Shown here in pieces: positions 1 through 12,002 of a stretch of DNA of 48,833 bases (position 1 is its first letter; each line of letters begins with the position of its first letter). The position numbers and the translations under genes are program-made. Origin of the DNA: Octopus bimaculoides (lineage: Eukaryota); the NCBI RefSeq assembly GCF_001194135.2, contig NC_068982.1:131995132-132043964 (forward strand). The letters are read 5' to 3'. The notes beneath the pieces were generated by a model. The model saw only the letters and a program-made list of their open reading frames with translations. It did not search any database and was not told where the DNA came from.

Positions 1-145
1 AAAGGTGCCAGCGATAGATCGGGCTTGTGGGGTCGGAGCGTGGCCTGATCATCGCTTTATTTGTGTTGTCTAACGTACTGTTAATATCATTCGATTTTTA
101 TATTTTATAAAATTTTTAAAGTCATATTTATGTAAACCATTCGCA

Positions 146-385
146 TTACTGATCCCAATCAGTTGTTTTGTACCATTCTATGTTTGGCCCCCTGTGGGCA
201 ATAAAGAAATTGGTATTTCGCCCGTCGCTCCGTTCTGAGTTCAAATTTCGCCGAGGTCGACTTTGCCTTTTATCCTTTCGGGGTCCGATAAAATAAGTAC
301 CAGTCGAACACTGGGGTCGATGTAATTGACTCATCTCCATCCCAAAAATTGCTGCCCTTGTGGCAAAATTTGGAACCATTGTTAT
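146..385 (+). mobile_element. SINE family A copy (5'-truncated), preceded by a family A variant tail
   Basis: Contains GTTCTGAGTTCAAATT (B-box-like), GTCGACTTTGCCTTTTATCCTTTCGGGGTC, AATAAGTACCAG and CTGGGGTCGAT, shared with more than 20 other copies in the window; ends in ATTGTTATT. Confidence 0.75.
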
Positions 386-409
386 TAAGATAACCAATCA
401 TCTGTGATT

Positions 410-740
410 TCTTTCAGCTACACTCCATTAATATTAAGAATCTCTAATTGTATCAGCTACATTTTTTCGCTTCGTAATCTTCTTGAAAACATTTCCAGTT
501 CCTGCTGAGGAACTTCCGTGATTTCTATTAATTGTCTTCCCAAGTCTTTACAGACTGTTTTCTGATTATGTCAGAATTTCCAATTGATTATTTTCATTCA
601 AGCTACTCTGTTCAAACGACGAACTTACTCGCTTGTAGCTCTTTTGAGAATATATTTTAATACTCCTAGTTTGCAGTTGTTTTCGAACAAATTAATATTT
701 CATCACAAAATCTTAGTAATGCATGGAACTGTACTTCTTA
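410..740 (-). pseudogene. Degraded R4/Dong-like non-LTR retrotransposon ORF fragment (pre-RT region)
   Basis: Manual minus-strand translation gives RATSE*VRR...HNQKTVCKDLGRQLIEITEVPQQELEMFSRRLRSEK, resembling the R4/Dong N-terminal region as I recall it; several stops. Confidence 0.35.
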
Positions 741-984
741 CACTTAATAAATCACAAAAATAACTGCAGCTTGTATATTTTTGTCTCCGCTTTTAAACAT
801 ACATGTTATCAAAATGATAACATAGTAAAGACGAACTTCTTACAATGCGTAGTGTGCTCACACGCTCGCGTGTGTGTGAGTGCGTGTGTGCATGCGTGTG
901 TGAGCGTGTGTACATGTGTGAATGTGTGTGTGTGTGTGTGTGAGTGCGTGCGTGTATGTCTATGTTTATATCAATGTATAAGAG

Positions 985-985
985 G

Positions 986-1036
<51 letters not shown>

Positions 1037-1250
1037 TTTGTGTTTGTCACATACTTCATTACGCTCGACAACCGGTGTTGATTTGTTTACTTCCCAGAAG
1101 CTTAGCGGTTCGATTGAGACTCAATGGAATAAGTACGAAACGTAAAAAAAAAAGTTACTGATGACGATTTGTTCGACGAAGACCCTTCAAGACGGTGGCC
1201 CCTGCATGACCACAATCCTGTGACTGAAACAAGTAAAAAAAGATATAAGA
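985..1250 (+). mobile_element. SINE family B, 3' half following its internal (TG)n tract
   Basis: (TG)n followed by GACAACCGGTGTTG..CTTAGCGGTTCG..AATAAGTAC..GATTTGTTCGAC..GCATGACCACA..TGACTGAAACAAG, matching the copy at 29769-30060. Confidence 0.7.
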
Positions 1251-1344
1251 TAAGCTTTTGCTGTTAACCTATAGAGCCAGAGTACGATGTAAAGAATTCT
1301 TTGTCGAGAAATATGTTTTTGATATCGTATTACATCTGTAACGT

Positions 1345-1499
1345 ATACACGACGGACAGTTTCACTTAGCGATTAATAAACGACGATCAGATTCACTTAG
1401 CGACTAATATATAACGGTTAGATTCACTTAGAGGTTTATACACAACTGTCAAATTCACTTAGAGATTAATACACAACAATGAAATTGACTTCGGTATGT
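1345..1499. repeat. 31-bp minisatellite, 5 diverged copies, core TTCACTTAG
   Basis: Units start at 1345, 1376, 1407, 1438 and 1469; consensus approximately ATACACAACGGTCAGATTCACTTAGCGATTA. Confidence 0.9.
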
Positions 1500-1659
1500 T
1501 GGCATCGCCAGCCGGAATAATTCCCTGAGTAATTTTATTTACTTTTAATGGGGATAACTGTATTCTGTCTTTGAATCACATCATGAAGACTAGTTACTTG
1601 GATGGTGCCATAACCACCGAATAGGGTTAGGGAAGAAATGTCACTGAGCAAGGACAATG

Positions 1660-1897
1660 GTGAAGGCGCGTGGCATAGTGGCTCGGATGTTGCACTCACG
1701 ATCGTAACATCATGGTTTCGATTCCTGGACTGTGCACTGCATTTGTGTTCTTGAACTAAGCACTTCATTTCCCGCTTCTCCGATCTACACAAAAGTCAAT
1801 GAGTAACCCTGCGACTGACTGGCGTCCCGTTCTGGGAAGTTGATATGAAACCAGTAACTTATACGTTATGAAACCCGGGAAACTGGCCCTTTGAGTT
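1660..1897 (+). mobile_element. SINE family D (tRNA-like head)
   Basis: Head GTGAAGGCGCGTGGCATAGTGG (A-box-like) and GGTTTCGATTCC (B-box-like), then GTGTTCTTGAACTAAGCACTTCATTTC and AACCCTGCGACTGACTGGCGTCCCGT. Confidence 0.65.
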
Positions 1898-2315
1898 CTA
1901 GGATTCAAGACAGTAATGTCCAAGGGTTGAATGATAATGACAATGGCACGAATCTGTTGGCAGAATATGAATCATCGAAATTTTGTCATCGACTCTGCTG
2001 ATTGTTACTTTCTTTCCATACAAATACTTGTTACGCATAGCATATCTACTGTTCGATAGTATGTGAGAAATTACATTTCAAATTTGCACTGCATTTATCT
2101 AAAGTATCCAAAACATATTTCTTGAAACATATGTAAATTGATGTTTGTTGATACGTGTTTAGGAAGAAATTAACAGAAAATTGTATTTCTGATATATAAA
2201 TCAAGTGTATATTATAAAATCGATCATGGATGTTCAGGTTGAATCTGTAGTCTATATGAATATATGTATATCTTTGCATTTGCATGTATGAATGTATATA
2301 TGCATATATATTGAC

Positions 2316-2465
<150 letters not shown>

Positions 2466-3107
2466 TATTCACCATGTACGTAAATATGTAATATGTATGT
2501 GTGATGTAAATATGTATGCATGTATGTAGTTAGGTACGTATGTACATACCTGCCTATGCTCGTATAAACAGGAAAGAGCTTTTCTTTTAAGCATATAATC
2601 AGAACCATGATTTTACTCTGTTATATTTTCAGCTTGCCAGGTTTTTTATGTTGCTGTCATTGACCACTTTTATTACTATCTTTTGCAGATCCATGATAGC
2701 GATGTTTCAAATTTCCATGAACATATCATCATCTAAAGATGCCATTTTCTACAGTTTCGTATTGGCTAATGTTAAAAATAATATATATAGTGAAGTGTAC
2801 AAATACGTTAATACAGCAATTTTAAAGCATTTATCATCTGTTTTCTTTTAGTGTTGACGGTAACGATGCTTTAGCATATCAATACTGGCGTGTTCAATAA
2901 GCGTTATTACAGGAATAAGAAATCTTATAGACACTTACAACAAACAGTAGTGAAGGTTGCAAGAATTTTTCTGCGATATGCATTACGTTCTTTTACCACC
3001 CCGCACCCAGCTAATAAAAGTTGGGATAGCGAGTCCAATGTAGCATTTATCTTCATAAATGAGATGTTTCTATTGAAAGTAGCGTACCACATTAATCGTT
3101 TGTAGCT

Positions 3108-3156
<49 letters not shown>

Positions 3157-3187
3157 CTCTTTGTGTTGTGTGTGCTTGTTTTTGCTG

Positions 3188-3378
3188 TTTAGCTCCAGAT
3201 CAGTCCTGATCCAGCATATATTTTATCAAATATAAATGTGGTATTCTGGCCGTGATCGTTCGCACTTGTTTTTCAGATATAGAATTTCTAGAATTACATT
3301 ATTTTATGTGTCCTTCTTTTGTAAGTCTATAGGATACGATTTGAGATACATTTCAACAGCTATTTCTCGCATGGCAAA
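3188..3378. repeat. Unclassified interspersed repeat (family F), diverged copy
   Basis: GTTTAGCTCCAGATCAGTCCTGATC...GATTTGAGATACATTTCAACAGCTATTTCTCGCA resembles 23165-23335 and the reverse complement of 10785-10930. Confidence 0.5.
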
Positions 3379-3615
3379 TGTGTTTCTAAAGGAGTATTCC
3401 ACATACTCAATATGAATATAATATCCAGACAATATTAACATAATATTAAGGCAGAATCAGTGCGGCTGCCTCTTTTAATTACAGGTTCAACCATCCTATA
3501 AGCTTCCGTACTGTTTCCAACTAACAATTTTATTTACAAGGGAGGGGTTAACTCAAAGTGCTAAAGACACTTATACCACATAATGGGGTCAAAACTTGGC
3601 CCACGTGATTCTATA

Positions 3616-3740
3616 GTGAAGGCGCATGGGTTAGTGAGTGGTTAGAATGTCAAGCTTACGATCGTGAGGTTGTGAGTTCGATTTCCGAAAATCATGGTGC
3701 TGCTCCAGCATGACTGCAGTCGCATGGCTGAAACGAATAT
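3616..3740 (+). mobile_element. Short SINE: family D-like head joined to family B-like tail
   Basis: GTGAAGGCGCATGG...GAGTTCGATTTCC head directly followed by GCTGCTCCAGCATGACTGCAGTC..GGCTGAAAC tail. Confidence 0.5.
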
Positions 3741-4409
3741 ATATATATTATGGGCGGTTAATTCGGAATTTTACAACCTAAAGACAGAAATATATACGTC
3801 ACTACAGATTTGTGCCCCTAGTCATTTAGCGACTAGGGGCAAAATATTTCATAAGCTCTCTTGTGACTCACCAGGCTAACAATATTATTTAAATTAGTGA
3901 AGGAATCCAGGTGTTCTTATGGCAGGGTCCAGTGTTATGGTTCATCACAATTCTATATTCTAAATCCGTGGGTGGGCTCCAGACAAACTGGTTTTTATAA
4001 GAAACAAGTTTAAACTAATGGTCATTAAATATTTTCCTTTTATAACAGCAAATTTGGGTTACAGCTGTTTCCGTCACCAGTGTGAGTGTTTGTGATTATC
4101 TTTTATCGTTTATCTTTTATTGTTTACATGTTTCAGTCATTGGACGGTGGCTTGGGTGGGTTTAGCCGAGCATATCTATCCCAGGACTTATCTTCAAAAG
4201 TTTGTTATTTTTCTTATAGGGTCCCTTTTTACGAAATGTTATGATTGCTGGTGGTGTGGGTGGGGGAAACAGAAAGACAAAGACACATACGCACAGACAA
4301 ACATGCATGCATACATACATATATATATCGAATTTAATTCTTACTTTACAAATAAGCTGAGTTCTTACTTTCTTTATAATTACACACACACACATACATA
4401 TGTATATCA

Positions 4410-4944
4410 TTAGTTTGAGGAAAACGTTCGTGCGCCGTGTTAAATCATGTTTTTTTAATATTTTTTGTGGTGTGTGTGTTCATTCAGTTCATATCATGTT
4501 CAATGGTGACTCATTCTCTGTGTGTGCCCAAGACTTGTTCGTTGAAAACGCGCTTTGTTTCAACAGGACAATGGATAGCCGCATACCGCCAGAAAGACCA
4601 GTAAGAAGATTGAAGAATTGGACGGTGCTGAAATTCTGCTGCATCCAGCCTATAGTCCAGACATTGATCCATCTGACTACGGTCTCTTCCAATCAATGCA
4701 CCACTTTATGAAAGGTCACCGACTTGAATCATTCGATGATGTTGAAAAAGCCTTCCAAGAATTCTTCCATTCAAAGCCGAAGGATTGGTACTTTGACCAA
4801 ATCTGAAAGCTTGCACATCGTTGGCAGAAGGTCGTGGAAAATGATGGTCTTTATTTTGAAGAATAGTTGTTGTTGTGTTTGAATAAATTCTTGCATTAAA
4901 AATCATTATTTTAACACGGTGCACGAACTTCTTCTTCAACCTAG
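4410..4944 (+). mobile_element. Internally deleted mariner element retaining both terminal inverted repeats
   Basis: TIRs 4410-4444 and 4910-4944 match 29/35 nt as inverted repeats; TA follows at 4945-4946; the interior keeps only the transposase C-terminus. Confidence 0.88.
4549..4866 (+). pseudogene. Mariner transposase C-terminal fragment
   Basis: One frame reads RALFQQDNG*PHTARKTSKKIEELDGAEILLHPAYSPDIDPSDYGLFQSM...DQI*KLAHRWQKVVENDGLYFEE*; has QDN and YSPD(I)(D)PSDY motifs; in-frame stops at 4576 and 4804. Confidence 0.9.
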
Positions 4945-5934
4945 TATTTATGTATGTGCGGGAATCTATATATAAATAGACATACACTTATGTCATAAAG
5001 ACAATAAGCATTAAGAAATTAAAAATTGCAACACAGGACGAAGATATTCGACAAAATGGTATTAGTGTAACGCTTCAATAAAGAACAGGCTATCTTGACG
5101 TTTCGGAGATTTGTCCTTCCGTAGAGAAAAACAAAGAGAAGCAAAAAGGAAGTGGGAAAGAAAAATAGAAAACAGGGGAAAAGTGAAAGAGAAATGAAGA
5201 GAAAAATATATGAAGATTGCGCGAGGTTGTTGTAGTGCAGAGATTTCTGCAAAGTAATGAGTTCAAAGAGCACCTACTTCCCGGTGAGGGGAAAAAAGGT
5301 TATAGTAAGTTAAAATTTAAGATTTGATAATTAAGATTAACAAAATACGTGTTAAACACAGTATCGAAACTTTATTTCAGAGTAAGTCCCTGGTCGCGAA
5401 ACTGAAATGCAAATCTCCCAGTTTAAAACCATAATATCCCACTCGAAGAATCTTCTACGCACTGTGCGTTGCATCTGGTGTTACTGCATCGTTCCATGCT
5501 CACAATGGAGCAGTACATCTTAGATATGAAACAGTTGTTGTGGTAATAAAAATATTTCTTTTGTTGGTACATTCCATTTTTTCTGGGTATGCGCTCTGAT
5601 TGCTCAAATTGGTATGCCACTAAAATTCTGGTTTGAACTGCAGTTGATGTGATTTTGTGAGTGCCTTTCTAAAGCGATTAGAAGTGGCTTCCCCTTGAGC
5701 CAGTAAGTTTAGATTAAAGCAGAAAATTATTTGTCCAGCTTTGGAACTGCTAGCATCCATTTTCCCTCGGCATGGATTACTATCAAGCCATTCTCTCTGT
5801 TCATGGATTTACCGAAGAAATACCCGTTCTAATTGGGTTTAATTGGATTTCCCCTCGCCTTCTAGATATAATGAACCACAATAATTTTCATTGATGTAGA
5901 ATATTCTTCCACTATTACATACGTTTAAACTACC

Positions 5935-6024
5935 TCTCTCCGATGACGGTATACTCAGCCTATAGAATCTTCGCTTGACACGATGTTTCAGTAGCTGGGA
6001 TATTCTAGAAACAGCTGTTAAAGA
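5935..6024 (+). ncRNA. Degenerate type I hammerhead-ribozyme-like motif (PLE-type)
   Basis: TCTCT-CCGATGA...GAAA-CAGCTG-TT-AAAGA: core with U4C, palindromic stem III, stem I 4/5 pairs. Confidence 0.3.
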
Positions 6025-6117
6025 CTATCTGAACCATTAACTATATAGCTAAATTAAATGTCCTTGTCAGGTCTTGCCAAACATGTCAAGTCTTTTCTGC
6101 TTTAATCTATTTATCCC

Positions 6118-6120
<3 letters not shown>

Positions 6121-6168
<48 letters not shown>

Positions 6169-6186
6169 ATCAATCTATCTATCTAT
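6121..6186. repeat. (ATCT)n microsatellite
   Basis: Directly visible. Confidence 0.95.
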
Positions 6187-8246
6187 CTCTCTTCCTCACT
6201 CTCTCACTTTTTCTCTGTATATGTGTGTGTCTGTACGTGTGTGCGCGCGCACACGTGTTTGTATAAAACTTGAAGATTTTATGTCACACTAACTATTTAT
6301 TTTTGCAGTGCATGTGGAGAAACTGGCCGTCATTTCATCTCATTGGCATTCCTTTTTCGGCGTGTATTAATTATTTTTTGCAGCATACATGTAAGCAAAC
6401 TTTCCTTGACGAATTCATTTCCCGTTTCAAATATAAAATCATAATTCTTATTCTTTCGTTAGTTCATCAATATTCTTGTCTTAATTAATTTTTGCATTCT
6501 TTATACAATAATTTTTTCATCATCAATGCAATTTTCTGTCCCTTTTCCGTGTTTGCTTTTACAACGACGTTTCTTTTGTATAAACCTAACCGATAATAAC
6601 CAAAGTTACATTTCAGCCACGTTTTCAATATTCGTCTCATTTTGCACTTGAACTTCATTGCTTTCTCTTCTTAAAAAACATGATCTCATTATAATAAAAT
6701 TATGAACATTTAACCTATCGATTTAGGTAAATATACTCTCCATGTTTCATTCTTTGCTCTCCACGTTTTTTCCTCATTAATTCCTAGCTCCAGTAGAACC
6801 ATCGTCTGCACGCTCCCATTATATCACTTTGATATATTTCAACGCATTCAATTACCTCAAAATTCATCCTTATAAGAGAGTATTGTAGTTCACCTGAAGC
6901 ATTGTGCATTGTTTGTAGAGAATAAAAAGTTTAGAATGGTACAAGAATGCTCTTTATATCGTACTTTCGATAAGCAATATATTTCCTTATTTCAACATTG
7001 AAATTTATCACTTCAGAGAAGTCTTCCAATAATTGGTTAATATGCTAGATAAAACATGTGTGTCGTCCTGAAATCATTCTGTACTTACTATCGCAAAGAC
7101 ACACCATAAACAGTAGTCGCTCAGCAAACCAGAAATTACAGGTAAATGTACATCAGATCACACTCTATACATTGAAGTCAAAGTTGTTGTAGATCTATAA
7201 AATTCTAATCAAGAAAATCTAATCAATTTTTTTACAGCTAGAACACTTTAATTAAAGTAGATGCACAAAGGCAGTTGTATATATAACGATCGAAAAAGAA
7301 TTCAGTGAAGTAGAAAAATGAAAGAAACTATTTTTCTCGTTAATTTCAACGTATAAGTTTCCAATAGCCAGCTCTTAGATTATCCATTTTGATTACTTAT
7401 TTCAAGTGGTGAAGGCTTGTGTAGGATCAGACACACGTTTTGGAAATGCAGACATCAAAATGAATGATAAATGGTCTATTTACTAATGCGCGAAAGTCGT
7501 TGTCAAGCTGTAACAAATTAATTAGATGCGCACTGATCAGCGTTGGATGAAATATAGTTTGCTACTCTAATATTAGAGTGACCAGCTATGAGTGGACATG
7601 ATGAAACGTAACGCCGTACAAATGCAAGCGTCTACAGTCCAATGAGGTCGTTCATGACCTAGTGCTGTGTTTATATCCATATTGTCAATAAGAAGAATTT
7701 CTTCTCTCAACACAATTTGTACAGCGTAACAGCGTGTTCTTTTACCATGTATGGAATGTACATGAACATGTTAAATATGACTGTATATTGTTATATATAT
7801 CTACATACATACATACATACATACATGCATATATACTTAGATGCATTCAAAAATACATGCATCCATGCATATATACGTGCATACATGCATACATACATCT
7901 GCATCTGCCCACAACAACGGAAACATTGATTAAACAATCTATAAAATGAAACGGAAAGGAATTAAACATTTATAACTACATAAGCTGAAGATGTCGTTGC
8001 TGTTATTGTTTTATTGTATGTCTGCCCTAGACGACAAGAACTATGACCAAAGACATTCTAACCATGACAATCCAATTTGCATTTATGGGAAAATGTCTCT
8101 CACATACAGGTGCCGCGACAGACAGCAAATGTATTAATCAATAGACATATAAAGAGAGAGAGACAGACCTGTGCGAAATAGTGTGAGAAATGAAGTGAAG
8201 TTTTGCAATTGCATATATACACAAAAGAACATGTTCACATACACAT

Positions 8247-8303
<57 letters not shown>

Positions 8304-8359
8304 CAGACAGACTGACAGACATATAGATAGATAGGTAGATAGATAGATAGATAGATAGG

Positions 8360-8404
<45 letters not shown>

Positions 8405-8443
8405 TGACAGACATATAGATAGATAGGTAGATAGATAGATAGA
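8247..8443. repeat. Compound (AGAT)n/(AGAC)n microsatellite
   Basis: Directly visible; internal higher-order duplication of the AGAT-AGAC-ACTG block. Confidence 0.95.
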
Positions 8444-8942
8444 TGCACACACATACATGCATCCTTATATAAACAAACATACATGTTTGCATAAAACATA
8501 CACACATATATGTATTTTGTATGTGTATATGTATTCATGTATGTTTGTATGCGTGTGTGTATATGTGTGCGAGTTTGTGTGTTCGTTTGTGCAAGCATGC
8601 ATACATGTAACTATGCTTGAAATATATTTATGTGTATGTATATGTATACATATCTACGTGCTAATGTGCATTTATATTTATGCGTATTTATGTATTTATG
8701 TGATCGCTTATGCCTATATGTTTATGCAATCTGTAACCATAAAAATATTATTTATTTCTCTGCTTAACAGACATATATTGTTAATTATTGCATTAGTATG
8801 TGCATGTAAAACAATCACATGTCCTTATATATAAAAAGGATTTACGACTTTTATGTTAGTTTGATAAGTGCAGCAAAGGAAAATCTCGAATTTAAATTAT
8901 TTATGCAGCTCTGCAGCTAAATGTGAAAAATATACATTTGCA

Positions 8943-9021
8943 CATGAAATTCCGTTTCTCGTATTTGTACCTCCAACCCTTTGCCCATGAAGTTCCGTTT
9001 CTCGTATTTGTACCTCCCACC
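8943..9021. repeat. 43-bp-period tandem duplication (2 copies)
   Basis: CATGAA(A/G)TTCCGTTTCTCGTATTTGTACCTCC(A/C)ACC at 8943 and 8986. Confidence 0.9.
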
Positions 9022-9039
9022 TTATCTATATATAGGTGG

Positions 9040-9270
9040 GGAGCATGGAGACCTCACTAGTGCTGGTGGCGTGATAAAAGCACCAAGTACACTCCGCGAA
9101 GTGGTTAGCGTTAAGAAGAGCACCCATCTATAGAAACCACGCCAAAACAAATCCCGGAGTACAGTACAGTCCTCGGGTCCATTGGATCCTATTAAGCCGT
9201 CCAACCCACGTCAACGTGGAACAGGACGTTCAGTTGTAATTAATGATGGTATTAACGATGATGATGATAC
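9040..9270 (+). mobile_element. 3' part of a SINE or LINE tail ending in (GAT)n
   Basis: AAAAGCACCAAGTACACT..GTGGTTAGCGTTAAGAAGAGCA..CCGTCCAACCCACGTCAACGTGGAACAGGACGTT..GATGATGATGAT; resembles RTE-type 3' tails as I recall them. Confidence 0.5.
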
Positions 9271-10193
9271 ATATATATATACGCGCACACATACACATAC
9301 TATATATAAATATATATTTATATATGTGTTTGTTTTTATGTTCAGTTATAATAAAAACAATTTTACATTAATCCAATGGATTACTCTATACTTTTGCAGA
9401 GTACAAATCTATTATTTTAATACAAGCTAAGCCATCGTTGGGCGATAGAAGGACAAATCCGTATTTACATTAGTAACTACGTGTATGTCAGCATACATTG
9501 TTGGTTCATAAGTGCACTTTCCCCGACTCTACCTTGATATTTTTACTATTCAAATACCTGATTCTTTCGAATCCTGAAAATTGATATATATATAATTATA
9601 TATATATAGCACCTATACTTTTAATATATATCATTTTGCCATTACTAGCTTTTCATAGTTTCTGTTTGTCAAATGCAGTTCCCTCACAGATATAGAAAAA
9701 CTAACAGCTTCCATTCAACCGAGCTATTAACTACGAACAGAAATTGTTAACTTCATTCCATTAGCCAACTATAAATATTTGCTCCAGAAACTTAACTTAC
9801 TTAACAAAGTCACCTCTACTCATTCCTCTGGCAAGAACTGACCAATCAACAAACCTCAGTAAATTCTCGGCCACTGATTCACTTGAGTCTACCAGAGATT
9901 AAAAATGGAAGTTACTCAGCGGCAACACAGCGCTCGCTTTGCTTGCTGCTGTTTCTTAGCCTGTGTTATTTTACACACACATACTTCCACATTGACATAC
10001 ACACACTTATACACGCACACTCCTACATTCACACACATTCGCTCTCCCTGTCCTTTTCTCTCCCTCTCCCCCTGTCTTGTCTATCTGTCCGTCTCTCTTT
10101 CCCTCTCTCTCTTGCCTAATCAATTTAGAATACACTGTCTTTCAGTCGGATACTATCTGTAGGGTAACACAAAACATACAAAAACAACCACAC

Positions 10194-10247
<54 letters not shown>

Positions 10248-10784
10248 TTCTGAATTGAACAGTTGTTCTCTATCACTTTATCAAAAGACAATTTTTTTTT
10301 TCTTTTTCTCCATATATTCTATCGGACCGTCGTGTCCAGCAAAATCTTTTTTCAACAAACAAACAAAACAAAGTTACTGATTTACAATATTGACAACTAT
10401 TTTCAATTCTTTGGAACTTCTATTAATTATGCTTATTGTTAAAATATATTTCACAATTCTTGTATATATTTCTGCTGTCATTTCTTCTTTCATTCATTTT
10501 TCATTGTATGTTATCTGTCGTTCATTTTTCGTTCTTTTTCTTTCTTTCTTCCCTCCTTCCTTTCTTTTTCATTTAGTTACTTATTTTTCCATTTGTCATC
10601 ATTTCATATTTCTCACCTTTTCTTAAATCAGATATAGTTTACATAAGGTTTGATTATTCATTTTGACATAATGTCGGCAGGACTTTTGTGGCAGGACTGA
10701 AGCGAGTACAAATAAATATGAAAAATAGAGCAATCTAGATCGTAGATTCATCTTTTGGATCGAAACATACTTCGAAGTGAAGGA

Positions 10785-10930
10785 AGTCACTCGGCCTGCT
10801 AGAAATAGCAGCCAAATTTCACTCAAAGCGCACCCTACCAAACGGTGTACATTAGATAACGCAGACCAAGATGCCTATGAAAAGAAAAGACGTTCACGGG
10901 TGGAATGTCCTTGATCATAGTCATACTCGA
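10785..10930. repeat. Unclassified repeat family F copy (opposite orientation to 23165-23335)
   Basis: CCTGCTAGAAATAGCAGCCAAATTTCACTCAAAGCGCACCCTACC...GGAATGTCCTTGATCATAG. Confidence 0.6.
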
Positions 10931-11439
10931 TGAGAGTTGACATGGAAGTTGAGTTGCTTAACCCTCAGTAAATCAACACAGATCCGTGTCTGTTGACTCA
11001 TGTCGCTAATTGCATGAGACAAGCTTAGTCTGAAGAAATATTTCCAACAATTTCGTTGCGTTCGCGATTTGAAGGATAAAAAATTCAAGAGTGTGATTGA
11101 CGATCTGAGAAACGAGGGCTACTGGCGCAATGTTACTATCTCCTTGAGCTTAATGCTTATGATTTAATCCCAGCTGTGGCCTTCAGCTGAGTTGAAGAAA
11201 ATTCGTATAACGACCTAAAGATAATGTTTACTATTCAACACCAACTGTCTTGCTTACAGTAAAGCGTGCTTCCAGTGAAACTAAATTGCATTTACAATCT
11301 CTGTTTATTTTAAATTTTAGCTTGGCTTTCTGTGTCGGGTCTCTTGATAATGTCTGTTTCATGTAGTGAACCTAAGAACATTTGTTTACTAAGAGCGACG
11401 GTTATTCACAATGCTATCAGTGTTTGTAGCATTAAGCGA

Positions 11440-11680
11440 ATGTGCGGTAATTCCTCTCTCTGAGCTGTGGTCAGTTGCGGATATTTTGCATCAATGCAAG
11501 CTATCAACAGACTCAACAATTTTCCAGAGTCTGAATTATTTCATTCTTAGTGTTTACATAGCGGATGTAATGTCAGTGATGGGATACGAACTACTAACTT
11601 ATTGACTTTGTGATAGCTTGGTCAATGTGAATAAGCCATCTCCTGTTTCGCACTAGGAAAAAACGAATATCCACATTGTT
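11440..11680 (-). pseudogene. Possible degraded R4/Dong-like LINE fragment (zinc-knuckle region)
   Basis: With frameshifts reads ..WLIHIDQAITK.. and ..FRLWKIVESVDSLH*CKISA.., loosely like the AAQDQ..CRLC..ETVDHI..GC signature of restriction-like-endonuclease LINEs. Confidence 0.25.
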
Positions 11681-11849
11681 ACTATTGTTTAGCCCAAAAA
11701 TCTCTCCTGTTGAGATGACTGACTTATGAGCGAAGGTGTTCCAGAGGCGGCCATTCTTTCTTTTGTTCAAATATAACACACTTAGAAATAAATTATTCAA
11801 TATGTTTTTTTTGTGTGTGTGTATGGCAGGGTCATAATGTATAACGGAA

Positions 11850-12002
11850 AAGTGAACTTCAAATTCCGCCGATATCAGCTTTGCCTTTCATCCTTTCTGG
11901 ATTGACAAAATAAGTACCTCGGATCGATAAAATAAGTATTGGGGTCGATGTAATCGACTTACTCCGAAACTGCTGGCCTTGTGCTAAAATTTGAAACCAT
12001 TG
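11850..12002 (+). mobile_element. SINE family A, truncated copy
   Basis: TTCAAATTCCGCCGA..TTGCCTTTCATCCTTTC..AAATAAGTA..GGGGTCGATGTAATCGACTT..GCTGGCCTTGTGCTAAAATTTGAAACC. Confidence 0.75.

Noticed and set aside
1155-1180. CTGATGA hammerhead candidate
   Set aside because: It is a mutated CTGGGGTCGATTTGTTCGAC block of SINE B.
1345-1499. CRISPR-like appearance of the 31-bp repeat
   Set aside because: Units are directly adjacent with no unique spacers, there are no cas genes, and the context is eukaryotic.
5381-5702. Plus-strand exon (TTTATTTCAG acceptor, GTAAGT donor)
   Set aside because: Stops in all three frames near the start; the region may be an antisense LINE relic; no other support.
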